Assembly: GCA_038727705.1 (NCBI GenBank)
Contig: JAVYVJ010000003.1
Span: 9,571-73,570 of the forward strand
Direction: 5' to 3'
DNA from: Zestosphaera sp.
GTDB lineage: Archaea; Thermoproteota; Thermoprotei_A; Sulfolobales; NBVN01
DNA: 64,000 nt
In this document: piece by piece, positions 9,074 through 18,655 of the stretch
How the letters are laid out: every line of letters begins with the position of its first letter
Position numbering within the stretch: position 1 is the stretch's first letter
Position numbers and translations under genes: made by a program
Notes under the pieces: model-generated
Database searches by the model: none
What the model saw: the letters and a program-made list of their open reading frames with translations, nothing else
Told to the model about the DNA's origin: nothing

Positions 9074-10480
9074 TCACCCACCCCTAAACACCCCTATTCG
9101 CCGATCACCTAACTGCCTATCCTCCATCAGCACACCATCCTCTAGTCTGAGTACCTTAACACCCTCCCTAAGCCCTAAAACCTCACTATTGCTTGTGGCT
9201 ATTATTTTAGCGGGCTTAACCTTAACTAGATACTCAAGTAACTTAACCCTGTCAGCGTACGTGAGCCCTGAGAAGGGTTCGTCAAGGAGTATGACGCTCA
9301 AGCCAGGGACTAGTTGGGCGACGGTGATTGCAAGCTTAACCATCTGCCCATACGACAGGTTGAACGGGGTCTTGTCAGGGTCGAGTCCTAACTCAGCAAC
9401 CCTCCTCAACCCCTCCTCCACGCAGTCTTCACTACCGCTATGGGCTCTACACACTTCCCTAACCTCATTCCTCACACACTCCTCAGTGAAGAAGAGGTAA
9501 ATGTTCTGGGGTATATAGATAGCCCTCCCACTCCTAAGTACGTTACCCTCCTTAGGTTTGAGGTACCCAGCCAGGATCTTGAGCAATGTAGATTTGCCCG
9601 ACCCGTTATCTCCGTAGATGAACAGAATCTCACCCTCCCCGGCCGTGAGGTCCACACCCCTCAAAACAGGGGTCCCTCCGTAGCTGAAGCGGACGCCCCT
9701 AGCCTCAACGGCCACACGACCTCTGGCAACCCCTGAACCCTCCGGATGTTTGGGGGGTTCGGGCAGCGCATCCCGCATCTCTCCAAGCAGCCTTGAGGGC
9801 TCTCCGGGCACCTCCTTCAACCTCCCCTCAGACATTACGTAGACTCTGTCAGCGTAATTCAGTAGGGGGAGGAACCTGTGCTCGAATACCAGAACGCTCT
9901 TACCCATCAGCTTGAGCATCCTGAGCACGTTGAGGAATTCGTAAACACCCTTATCATCGAGCCACATTAGTGGCTCGTCGAAAACTATGAGTTCCGGGTC
10001 AGCGATCAGGGCCTTACTGATTACGGCTCTCCTAGCCTGCCCCCCAGACAGCTCGAAGAAATACCTCTTCAGAACACCCCATAAACCCATTGACTCAGCG
10101 GCCTTCCTGAAGGACTTATCAGCCCTCTCTAGGTTTCCGTGAATGGATTCGGCGTAGGAACGTAGATCCTCCTCCAGAAGGGGTTCCGTGAAGTATATGT
10201 ATGGGTTCTGCCCCACGACGTGAATGATCCTAGAGAGCTCGCCGACATCGTATTCAAGTACCCCCTTACCCTTAACAAGTACCTCACCTTCTATAACCCC
10301 CTCATAGACGTGTACCCCGACGCCGTTCAGAACCCTCGCCAGCGTTGTCTTCCCGCATCCAGTCCCACCTATAATGAGTACCGCCTCCCCACCGCCAACC
10401 TCTAGACTTAATCCTCTGAGGACCCAGTCACCTTCAGGATATCGGAACCAAAGCCTTCTGGCGGAGATGATGGGAACCAT
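9074..10480 (-). CDS. ECF/cobalt-type ABC transporter ATPase, two fused ABC domains
   Basis: Two Walker A motifs (GGTGCGKTT, GDNGSGKST), two LSGGQ-like signatures (LSGGQARR, LSYGQMVK) and two Walker B motifs. I place the start at ATG 10480 (MVPIISARRLWFRY), directly after the stop of the upstream gene. The track start at 10600 overlaps that gene. Confidence 0.85.
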   Translation of the reverse strand: MVPIISARRLWFRYPEGDWVLRGLSLEVGGGEAVLIIGGTGCGKTTLARVLNGVGVHVYEGVIEGEVLVKGKGVLEYDVGELSRIIHVVGQNPYIYFTEPLLEEDLRSYAESIHGNLERADKSFRKAAESMGLWGVLKRYFFELSGGQARRAVISKALIADPELIVFDEPLMWLDDKGVYEFLNVLRMLKLMGKSVLVFEHRFLPLLNYADRVYVMSEGRLKEVPGEPSRLLGEMRDALPEPPKHPEGSGVARGRVAVEARGVRFSYGGTPVLRGVDLTAGEGEILFIYGDNGSGKSTLLKILAGYLKPKEGNVLRSGRAIYIPQNIYLFFTEECVRNEVREVCRAHSGSEDCVEEGLRRVAELGLDPDKTPFNLSYGQMVKLAITVAQLVPGLSVILLDEPFSGLTYADRVKLLEYLVKVKPAKIIATSNSEVLGLREGVKVLRLEDGVLMEDRQLGDRRIGVFRGG

Positions 10481-10482
10481 CT

Positions 10483-11061
10483 CTACCGACTCATCCTCCT
10501 TAAAACCCTGTAGGTTGAGATGCTCAGTAAAGCAACAGCTACAGCCAGGCTGGCGTTGAAGACCGTTATCCACGGGAGGTAGTAGAGTGTGTAGCTCCAC
10601 GCAATCTCGAAGCTTGTGAAGTAGTTCGGGTACGCCATCATGAGCCAGTAAGGCGTCACCAGAAGGTTAAGCAGACACATAGCCAGAGTCCTGGACGCGG
10701 TGGCGACGCCTACGGAGAGAGCCGTAGCTGGACCGATAGACCTGCTTGAGAACCTCCTGTAAAGGATGACTAGAGGTACGTAGGTAGCGACCTCGGCGGT
10801 AACCTTCATAATCATGCCCACCGGGTCCGCGCCGAGGATAACTGAAACTAGGAAGAAAGCGGGGAGAGCTATTAGTGAGCTCCTCAAGGAGTTGAAGGCA
10901 AGCAGTGCCAGAGGGACGCCAGCAATATCATATTTTAGGAAGGGTGCGGGAGGGAAGGGCAGCTCGAAGAACCTCAGTATGATGGCGAGGGTAGTGTAAC
11001 TTGCCACGTAAGCCACTCGAGACAGCTCACTCAACGACGAAGCCAACCAATCCACCATCAT
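10483..11061 (-). CDS. ECF transporter substrate-capture (S) component-like membrane protein
   Basis: 192 aa with about 6 TM segments. It is the first gene of the S-A/A-T operon. Substrate is unknown. Confidence 0.55.
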   Translation of the reverse strand: MMVDWLASSLSELSRVAYVASYTTLAIILRFFELPFPPAPFLKYDIAGVPLALLAFNSLRSSLIALPAFFLVSVILGADPVGMIMKVTAEVATYVPLVILYRRFSSRSIGPATALSVGVATASRTLAMCLLNLLVTPYWLMMAYPNYFTSFEIAWSYTLYYLPWITVFNASLAVAVALLSISTYRVLRRMSR

Positions 11062-11194
11062 ATTGCTCTAAGACAGTAATTAAAACTTGTGGCCAGAACT
11101 CAAACCTGTGGAGAGCCCTAGAGCACGGGTTCAGGTAACGCGTGCTCCAGGAGGTTTATATTGGAGGGAAAAACTACTGATTAGCTGATTGCAG

Positions 11195-12850
11195 TTACTG
11201 TTGTCCCTGTCCTTGACTAACTAGCGTTACCCTGACTTCGTTATTCTGTCCTGTCTGTTCACTGCATATGCGAACGACGTATTCACCTTCAATCCAGTCT
11301 TTGTTAGTATCCCAGTTGAGGTGCCAAGTGCGAGTCTCAATGTGATACTGTAGGAGAGGGGCATTACCGGGAGGCTCCGGCGTTATCACGACTCCGTTTG
11401 GCATGACTACTTCCACCTTGGGGTTTGCTCCGCTACTATCTACAGGGGTTCCTTCGTAGTTGGTATACTGCCACATGATCTCGACAGCACTGCCAAGCCT
11501 ATGCGTGTCGCCATCCTTCGTTACTTTGAAGTTGTAGATCACGTTGTAGGTCACGGTGACCGTGGTGGATAGTCCGGCGCAATTCCCAGCGGTCACTGTG
11601 AAATCTTTAGGACCTACTGTTGAGGTGTCTATGGGCATCCCATTTTCGACCGTCGCAACCAAAGAGCATATTCCTGACACAGGGTCCTCGGCGGACCACT
11701 CTGCATACACCGGCTCGTCAAGAATATATTGAGCACCATTGTAGGGAGTGGTGATGGTGACTTCCGGAGGAGTTTTATCTATCTTAATTTGCTGACACGG
11801 TAATTCGTAGGTGTTTCCAGCGTTGTCGGTGGCCCTATGGTATAGGGTTGTAGTTCCTTCGTAATTGATGTTGAATGGTTCGGAGTAGGTGATCCAGTTC
11901 ACGCCATCGAAACTGTACTCTATCGAAGACACTCCGGAAACTTCGTCTGTAGCGGTTAAGATAACCTTAACATCTGAAATCCACCAACCATTATCACCCT
12001 CGGTCCCAGAGAGCTCCTTAGACAAGGATGGAGGCGTCTTGTCAATCTTTATTTCCGCAGTCTTAGGCTCCTCCGCATTCCCTGCATTGTCTACGGCCCA
12101 GTAGGTGAGGGTGTGGATGCCTTCCTCAGATATCGTGAACTCGGTTGTGTGACCGGGGATAATCCATTCACCATTGAGTATGTAGTGAATCTCCTTAACC
12201 CCACTCCCTCCTTCATTATCTACTGCCGTTAGGTTCACTATGACGTCAGATACGAACCAGCCTTTATCGCCCTCCGTCCCAAAGAGCGTAAGGGTTGTCG
12301 TTGGTGGTGTGATATCTTCAACTATTGTTGGTGGTGTAGAGCCCCCAACCCTTATGGTCAGGTGGCACCCATCACCTTCAGGGCTACCCTGACTACCCGG
12401 CGGCGGGGCGAACTTAATCAGCACATTGTAAGTTCCTGGGACTGTGTCGGCCGGCACGCTCACTGTGACCGTCACGTCTTGTGACTCCCCTTCCGATAGA
12501 GTCAGCTGGTTGGAGCTGAGTGTAATCCAGCCTCTAGCATCTCCACTACCAACTATCTTACTCTGGTACGGCACTTCATTGCCATCATGTGCCGTCACCG
12601 TCAGGGTCAGCGTTGAGGTGCCTCCCTGATTAACCTCAATCTCGGTGAAGCGGGCCTCACACGTGATAGGCGTCCTCGCCTCCTCCGGCTTAGCTTCCTT
12701 AGGCTTTCTTGAGTCAGCATGCGTTGATGCAACAGGTTTCCCCTCCTCCGGCTTAGCTTCCTTAGGCTTTCCTTCGACAATATATGTGGGCACGGACAGC
12801 ACTATGGTTAGTAATAGGAGGACCCCTAACAAAGTCGCTGTTCTGCCCAT
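11195..12850 (-). CDS. Secreted or cell-surface protein with tandem Ig-like/beta-sandwich domains
   Basis: 551 aa. N-terminal signal/anchor (LLGVLLLLTIVLSV), KPKEAKPEE repeats and a CARDB/NEW3-like domain. Two homologous about 90-aa domains each end in IKIDKTPP (TEGDKGWFVSDV...YWAVDNAGN and TEGDNGWWISDV...HRATDNAGN). Confidence 0.7.
   Translation of the reverse strand: MGRTATLLGVLLLLTIVLSVPTYIVEGKPKEAKPEEGKPVASTHADSRKPKEAKPEEARTPITCEARFTEIEVNQGGTSTLTLTVTAHDGNEVPYQSKIVGSGDARGWITLSSNQLTLSEGESQDVTVTVSVPADTVPGTYNVLIKFAPPPGSQGSPEGDGCHLTIRVGGSTPPTIVEDITPPTTTLTLFGTEGDKGWFVSDVIVNLTAVDNEGGSGVKEIHYILNGEWIIPGHTTEFTISEEGIHTLTYWAVDNAGNAEEPKTAEIKIDKTPPSLSKELSGTEGDNGWWISDVKVILTATDEVSGVSSIEYSFDGVNWITYSEPFNINYEGTTTLYHRATDNAGNTYELPCQQIKIDKTPPEVTITTPYNGAQYILDEPVYAEWSAEDPVSGICSLVATVENGMPIDTSTVGPKDFTVTAGNCAGLSTTVTVTYNVIYNFKVTKDGDTHRLGSAVEIMWQYTNYEGTPVDSSGANPKVEVVMPNGVVITPEPPGNAPLLQYHIETRTWHLNWDTNKDWIEGEYVVRICSEQTGQNNEVRVTLVSQGQGQQ
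12679..12771. repeat. Perfect 30-bp direct repeat (two copies, period 63 bp) inside the surface-protein gene
   Basis: cctcctccggcttagcttccttaggctttc occurs at 12679-12708 and again at 12742-12771. On the minus strand it encodes the duplicated KPKEAKPEE peptide. Confidence 0.9.
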
Positions 12851-13257
12851 TCTTTCACTTCAATTTTAGGTTTGTAAACCAGCTATATAAACTTTTCACA
12901 TTTTCGAGGTCGTATTTCACATGCGCTAGTGCATTTTCCCTAGGCCTTTCGTATGAGTTCTGCAACCATTGTCACTAACCATCTGTACGTGAGCGCACGA
13001 GAAGGTTTGCGAGGTTGGTGTTCAGCAATCTGCAACCCGCCTGATGTGTGAGAGCTACCTCAAGCTGGTGAAGGGCGATGACACGAGCCCCTGTGGAGTA
13101 GGGTCGAGGTCCACAGAGTCGAGGGCAGGGCGGGCAACACTAAATCCAGTAGTATCAACAACGAAGCTCAAACCCGTTCCCATAGTATTCGGCTCCTAAC
13201 ACAGGATTTGACGGAGGCGATGCTTTTAAAAGTCCGTGTCCATTTATGTAGAATTAG

Positions 13258-14892
13258 GTGATCAGTATGAGTAAGCGTATTTTGTTCGCTGTGGTCATTC
13301 TGGCTTTAGTTGTAGGTGCGGGACTGTACGTAATGACCAGACCCCCGAGTGATGGTGGGGAGAGGCTGAGGGTTGTCGTCTACGCTTACAATGACGTCAT
13401 AACGGGTATTGACCCGAGTCTGGAGGACGATACGGGGCTGGTTGTTCTGGGCGTGGTTTACGAGCCCCTTCTGTACTATAACCCGGTGACCGGGGAGTTC
13501 AGACCTGCTTTAGCCGTGAACTGGAGTAGCAACGAGGATGGGACTGAGTGGGTGTTTAGACTGCGGAGGGGTGTAGTCTTCCACGACGGAGTCAAGTTCA
13601 ACGCGACCGCGGTGAAGGTAAGTGTTGAGAGGGCGATGACCATATACCGTGAGACCGGGAGGGGCCTGGGGTATGTGTGGGATTCGGTGGATGAGGTTGA
13701 GGTGGTTGACGAATATACTGTGAGGTTCAAGCTCAACTACCCTCAGAGACTCGATATAATGGCTTCCGCCTGCTACGCCGGCTACATATTCTCCCCAAAC
13801 GTCCTCAAGAAGAGTGGCGCCACGGACTACATGGACAGAAAGCTGGAGGAGTGGTTCAACTCAGGGAACGCTGCCGGAACAGGCCCTTACGTGCTGGAGT
13901 CCTACAGTCCTGAGTCTGAGGTGAGGTTGAGGAAGTTCAAGGAGTGGTGGGGGTGGGGTGAGGTCAGCAACCCCAAAGCACCGGACGTCGTAATCATCAA
14001 GGTTCTGACGGAGCCGCAGGCCCAGTACAACGGCCTCCTCTCGGGTGTGGTGGACATAGCTACGAGCGTCCCGAGAGCCAACATACCTGCACTGATATCC
14101 CAGGGCCTCAGAACCTACAACCTCACGACATACCACAACTACCTCATGTTCTTCAATGTGAGGAGGCACCCAACCAGCGTCGAATCCTTCAGGAAGGCCG
14201 TCGCCCACGCTATAAACCTGGATGAGGCGGTCAGCGTGGCCATGGGCGGGCACGCCCTGAAGGGTAGCGGGGTACTGCCCCACGGCTTCCCAGGTTTTGT
14301 CGAGGGCTTGACGTACGAGTACAACATAACTAAGGCTAGAGAGTACTTGAGGGAGTCAGGCGTTCCCACGCCTGCGAGGATACAGGTACTCTATCAAGTG
14401 GATTATGAGGAGACTCGCAAGCTAGCGGAGTTGATGCAGTCTAGGCTGAAGGACCTCGGCATAGAGGTGGATCTAAACCCAGCCACCTGGACTCAGCTTA
14501 AGGATATAGCGAGGTCTGTGTGGGATGACCCCGAGGGGGTGCCGCACATAATAATCGCAGACTGGTGGCCTACCATGGCGTCGCCGTACGATTACCTCTA
14601 CGCGATGTTCCACAGCGAGTCTAAGGAGTGGAACTTCGCCGGCTATGAGGATCCGGAGTTCGACGAGATGATTGAGGAGGCCTACGAGCTTGAGGGACTT
14701 GACTACCAGCGTGCGATGCAACTCTACAGAGAGGCGCAGCAGAAGATATTCGACGAGGCCGTGGCGCTTAACCTGTGGGATGAGGTTAAGCTGTTCATAT
14801 ACGGCAGGCGCGTCTACATACCGCCGGGCGCTATGAACCCGCTCTACATGTACGTCATAAGGTTCGAGAAGGTTTCGGTAGAGGGGACGTAG
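13258..14892 (+). CDS. ABC transporter substrate-binding protein, family 5 (peptide/nickel type)
   Basis: 544 aa. N-terminal membrane anchor followed by a DppA/OppA-like fold. First gene of a five-gene dpp-type operon. An alternative ATG start lies at 13267. Confidence 0.85.
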   Translation: MISMSKRILFAVVILALVVGAGLYVMTRPPSDGGERLRVVVYAYNDVITGIDPSLEDDTGLVVLGVVYEPLLYYNPVTGEFRPALAVNWSSNEDGTEWVFRLRRGVVFHDGVKFNATAVKVSVERAMTIYRETGRGLGYVWDSVDEVEVVDEYTVRFKLNYPQRLDIMASACYAGYIFSPNVLKKSGATDYMDRKLEEWFNSGNAAGTGPYVLESYSPESEVRLRKFKEWWGWGEVSNPKAPDVVIIKVLTEPQAQYNGLLSGVVDIATSVPRANIPALISQGLRTYNLTTYHNYLMFFNVRRHPTSVESFRKAVAHAINLDEAVSVAMGGHALKGSGVLPHGFPGFVEGLTYEYNITKAREYLRESGVPTPARIQVLYQVDYEETRKLAELMQSRLKDLGIEVDLNPATWTQLKDIARSVWDDPEGVPHIIIADWWPTMASPYDYLYAMFHSESKEWNFAGYEDPEFDEMIEEAYELEGLDYQRAMQLYREAQQKIFDEAVALNLWDEVKLFIYGRRVYIPPGAMNPLYMYVIRFEKVSVEGT

Positions 14893-14895
14893 CGG

Positions 14896-15924
14896 GTGCC
14901 CCTCAGCCTTAACTACCTGGTCAGGAGGGTCGTGTGGAGCCTGCTCGTAGTGGTTGGAGTGGTGGTCCTCTCATACCTGATAATCATACTCTCTCCAGGA
15001 GACCCGGCGGTCAAGTGGGCCGGCAACCCGAGGGGCGCGAACGCAACTCTAGCCATAGAGCTAGCTAGGAGGGAGCTCGGACTTCAGGACCCGCTCTACG
15101 TTCAGATACCACGCTTCATCGTGAGCGTCCTGACAGGCAACCTCGGTCTAAGCATATACTACAAACAACCCGTATTCACGGTCATAGCTTCCAACTTAGC
15201 CTCAACCCTCGAGCTTCTCATCGTGACCTACCTCATAGCCATACCTGTGGGCGTTCTGCTTGGTTACCTCTCAGCTATGCACAGAGGATCCAGGATAGAT
15301 GACTTCCTACAGCAACTCGGCGTGCTGCTCGCAAACACCCCGACCTTCTGGCTTGGCTCCGCCCTCTTCCTGATACTAGTCACACACCAAATACCTTCGT
15401 CAGGGCGCGTCGACTACGCGCTCGCCATAGAGACAGGCTTCCAGCCCGTGACAGGTCTCTACCTCCTCGACAGCCTGATTCAAGGCAACTTCCGCGTCTT
15501 CGCAGACGTCCTCGTTAGGTTGTTGCCGCCAGCGCTGGCGGTCTCCGTCTACCCGATGGGTTTGATGATAAGGGTGGTGAGAACCCTCGTCACGGATGTT
15601 CTACTGGAGGACTACATAAGAGTTAGCGTTGCACTTGGGGTTGGGAAGAGACGCATTCTCTGGACGTTCACACTCAGGGCAGTCCTACCGGGCGTAATAC
15701 AGCTCTCCGGAATCGCCTTCGCCTACAGCCTAGTGGATGCGATGGTTGTGGAGAGCGTTGTGTTCGGGAGACCCGGCCTAGGGAGGTTGCTTATGGACGC
15801 GCTGAACAGCAGCGACTTCAGGATAGCCATTGGGCTGATAGTGGTTGTCACGGCCTTCTACCTGGTAGTCAACACGCTGGCCGACGCGATTCAGGCCCTT
15901 GCTGATCCTAGGGTGAGGTTATGA
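14896..15924 (+). CDS. ABC transporter permease (DppB/OppB type)
   Basis: 342 aa polytopic protein. Typical N-terminal LVRRV...L..PGDP motif. Operon position. Confidence 0.85.
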   Translation: MPLSLNYLVRRVVWSLLVVVGVVVLSYLIIILSPGDPAVKWAGNPRGANATLAIELARRELGLQDPLYVQIPRFIVSVLTGNLGLSIYYKQPVFTVIASNLASTLELLIVTYLIAIPVGVLLGYLSAMHRGSRIDDFLQQLGVLLANTPTFWLGSALFLILVTHQIPSSGRVDYALAIETGFQPVTGLYLLDSLIQGNFRVFADVLVRLLPPALAVSVYPMGLMIRVVRTLVTDVLLEDYIRVSVALGVGKRRILWTFTLRAVLPGVIQLSGIAFAYSLVDAMVVESVVFGRPGLGRLLMDALNSSDFRIAIGLIVVVTAFYLVVNTLADAIQALADPRVRL

Positions 15925-15925
15925 G

Positions 15926-16852
15926 ATGAGCGCTGCAGGGAGTAACTCCCGACGTCCTGAGGGTCCTCCAGGGAGACCTAGCCACTGGAGGATCCTGGTT
16001 GGGAGGCAGGTTAGGAGTGCTAGGTTCAGAGTCGGGTTGATGGTGGTGATCACCATGCTCACTCTCGCACTCCTGTGTGACATCGTAGCTCCATACCCTG
16101 CGGAAGGGGCAGGCGTAGCCCCGCCGGACGCTGTAAGCAAGATCTTACTACCTCCGTCGACCGAGCACCTGTTCGGAACTGACGGGATGGGGAGGGACCT
16201 CTTCTCGAGGGTTGTCATGGGAACGCGGTCGGCGTTGCTGCAAATACTCGTAGTGGTTTCAGTTAGCTTGGTGATGGGGCTGGCTGTCGGGGTTATCTCA
16301 GCATACTTCAGAGGGGTGGTTGAGATGGTCATAACATACCTCACGGAGCTCTTCATGAGCATACCTGCTATAGTGCTCGCCCTGTCCTTCGCGATAACTA
16401 TTGGCAGGGGGCTCACGACCGTTGTCTTAAGCCTTGTGGTGACTTGGTGGTCTTGGTATGCGCGGATAGCTTATGTTTACGCACGTAGCATCGTTGAGAT
16501 GGATTACGTCACATTGTCCAGGCTCAGTGGGCTTAACCCCCTCAAGATAGTTTGGAGGCATGTGGTTAGGAACGTTTACCCGCCCGTGGCTGTCCAGGCG
16601 ATAACTGACATGGGTAGCGTCCTCCTGGAGGCTACCGCCATAAACTTCCTCAGCCTGGGCGTCCCCCTCAACTCGCCTGAGTGGGGTGTGATCATGTACG
16701 AGGGTAAGGACGTTCTCGTGACCGCACCCTGGGTGACCATTTTCCCCGGCTTATTCCTTCTGATTACCGCACTGGGGTTCAGCCTGCTCGGGGACTCGCT
16801 CAGGGAAGCTCTAGACCCAAGGCTCAGGAGGAGGTGGAGGCTGTGGTTCTAG
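15926..16852 (+). CDS. ABC transporter permease (DppC/OppC type)
   Basis: 308 aa. HLFGTDGMGRDLFSRV motif typical of OppC/DppC. Operon position. Confidence 0.85.
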   Translation: MSAAGSNSRRPEGPPGRPSHWRILVGRQVRSARFRVGLMVVITMLTLALLCDIVAPYPAEGAGVAPPDAVSKILLPPSTEHLFGTDGMGRDLFSRVVMGTRSALLQILVVVSVSLVMGLAVGVISAYFRGVVEMVITYLTELFMSIPAIVLALSFAITIGRGLTTVVLSLVVTWWSWYARIAYVYARSIVEMDYVTLSRLSGLNPLKIVWRHVVRNVYPPVAVQAITDMGSVLLEATAINFLSLGVPLNSPEWGVIMYEGKDVLVTAPWVTIFPGLFLLITALGFSLLGDSLREALDPRLRRRWRLWF

Positions 16853-17796
16853 CCGTTAAGGCGACCAGGTTGAGCATAGGCTATCTGGACGAGGACGAGA
16901 AGATACTGTGGGTTGTTAGGAACGTCTCGTTCGAGGTCTCTGAGGGCGAGATCTTCTGCTTAGTTGGGGAGAGCGGTTGCGGAAAGTCCACGACGGGCAA
17001 CGCGGTAGCCGGGATACTCCCACCGCACGCCGTGGTGGACGGCGGGCTACAGATACTCGATCGCCCGGTGATTCAGGACGGTAGGATGAATTACAATGGG
17101 GTTAGGGGAAGGCTCGTCTCCTACGTCCCGCAGAACCCTGGAACAGGGCTTAACCCCTACTACACTGTAGAGGATCAGTTCTACCACGTCCTGAATAGCC
17201 TCTATGGGTGGGATAGGAGGAGGACGTCCGAAGTCGCCAGGAACTACCTGACGCTTGTAGGCCTCCATCCAGAGCGCGTCTTGGACTACTACCCTCATGA
17301 ACTGAGTGGCGGGATGCAGCAGAGGGCGGCCATCGCGTTAGCACTGTCCACAGGGGCTAGAGTGGTCGTGGCGGACGAGCCTACTTCATCCATAGACGCT
17401 AACTTAAGACTTCAGCTGATAAAACTGCTCATGGATCTGAGGAACTCTCAGAAAGTCACCCTCTTCCTCATAACGCACGACATCATTAGCGCGGGGAAGA
17501 TATGCGATACCATAGCGGTCATGTACGCGGGGAAGCTTGTTGAGGTCGGGAGGGGCTCCGAGGTAGTTACTGAGCCTCTACACCCCTACACCAGCATGCT
17601 CGTTGACGCTGCACCCGTGCTCGGCTTCAAGAAGCCCCTGAGATCCGTCCCCGGAGAGCCCCCTAGACCTGGGACTGAGGTCGAGGGCTGCTCATTCCGC
17701 CTCAGATGCCCCTGGGCTTTCAGCAGGTGTGTTGAGACACCACCCAGCACTAACGTATTCGGGAAGAGAATCGAATGCTGGAGGTACGTTGAATGA
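16834..17796 (+). CDS. ABC transporter ATP-binding protein (DppD/OppD type)
   Basis: Walker A GESGCGKST, signature LSGGMQQR, Walker B VVADEPTS. C-terminal oligopeptide-type Cys-rich extension. Confidence 0.9.
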   Translation: MEAVVLAVKATRLSIGYLDEDEKILWVVRNVSFEVSEGEIFCLVGESGCGKSTTGNAVAGILPPHAVVDGGLQILDRPVIQDGRMNYNGVRGRLVSYVPQNPGTGLNPYYTVEDQFYHVLNSLYGWDRRRTSEVARNYLTLVGLHPERVLDYYPHELSGGMQQRAAIALALSTGARVVVADEPTSSIDANLRLQLIKLLMDLRNSQKVTLFLITHDIISAGKICDTIAVMYAGKLVEVGRGSEVVTEPLHPYTSMLVDAAPVLGFKKPLRSVPGEPPRPGTEVEGCSFRLRCPWAFSRCVETPPSTNVFGKRIECWRYVE

Positions 17797-18587
17797 TGGT
17801 GAACAACGGGACGGTAGTTGACTTGAAGGGGGTCACCGCCGGTTACCTGACGGCGGCGAGGGGGTGGAGGTCCCTGAGGAGGAGGGTGAACATAGTGTTG
17901 AATAATGTCAGCCTTAAGGTTAGTGACGGTGAGAGGCTCGCCATAATAGGGGAGAGCGGATCAGGTAAGTCAACCCTTCTTAAAGTGATTCTTGGGTTGC
18001 TTAAGCCTCTAAGGGGAGGGGTCACCGTCCTCGGTAAGGAGATATACACGCTACCGTGGAGTGAGAGGATAAAGGTTTTGAGGGCTATTGGTTACGTTCC
18101 TCAGGATCCTTACAAGGCTCTTAACCCGTCACTAAGGGTCATGCACTCCCTTATGGAGCCTCTTGAGGCCTCGAAGATTCGGAATCCGGAGGGCAGGATA
18201 TCGGAGGTTCTGAGGCTTGTTCAACTGCCTGAGGAGGTTATGGACTACTATCCGACCGACTTGAGCGGTGGCATGAGGCAGAGGATATTAATAGCTAGGG
18301 CGGTCATACACGATCCTGAAATACTTGCCCTCGACGAGCCGACTTCAGCTCTCGACGTCTCGATCCAAGCGCAGATAATAAATCTGATTAACGACCTTCA
18401 CAGGAAGCTTAACCTCACTGTGATGGTTGTGACACACGATCTGGGTGTGGCTCAGTACCTAGCGGATAGGGTGGTGATACTCTACAAGGGTGAGGTGGTG
18501 GAGGAGGGGTCTTTCGAGGATGTGCTCCATAATCCAAGGAACGAGTACACGAAACTCCTCATCAGGAGCTACAGAGCAAGCATATAG
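17793..18587 (+). CDS. ABC transporter ATP-binding protein (DppF/OppF type)
   Basis: Walker A GESGSGKST, signature LSGGMRQR, Walker B LALDEPTS. ATGA overlap with the upstream gene. Confidence 0.9.
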   Translation: MMVNNGTVVDLKGVTAGYLTAARGWRSLRRRVNIVLNNVSLKVSDGERLAIIGESGSGKSTLLKVILGLLKPLRGGVTVLGKEIYTLPWSERIKVLRAIGYVPQDPYKALNPSLRVMHSLMEPLEASKIRNPEGRISEVLRLVQLPEEVMDYYPTDLSGGMRQRILIARAVIHDPEILALDEPTSALDVSIQAQIINLINDLHRKLNLTVMVVTHDLGVAQYLADRVVILYKGEVVEEGSFEDVLHNPRNEYTKLLIRSYRASI

Positions 18588-18655
18588 TCTGGCGTCCCTC
18601 ACTTAGAGGCGCCCGGCCCCCTACAGCACGGTGATGCTAACTCACCTTGTGTGTG

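Noticed and set aside
10481-10600. N-terminal 40 codons of tracked ORF 9074..10600
   Set aside because: They overlap the 3' end of the S-component gene in another frame. ATG 10480 sits directly after that gene's stop and precedes the conserved ABC N-terminus.
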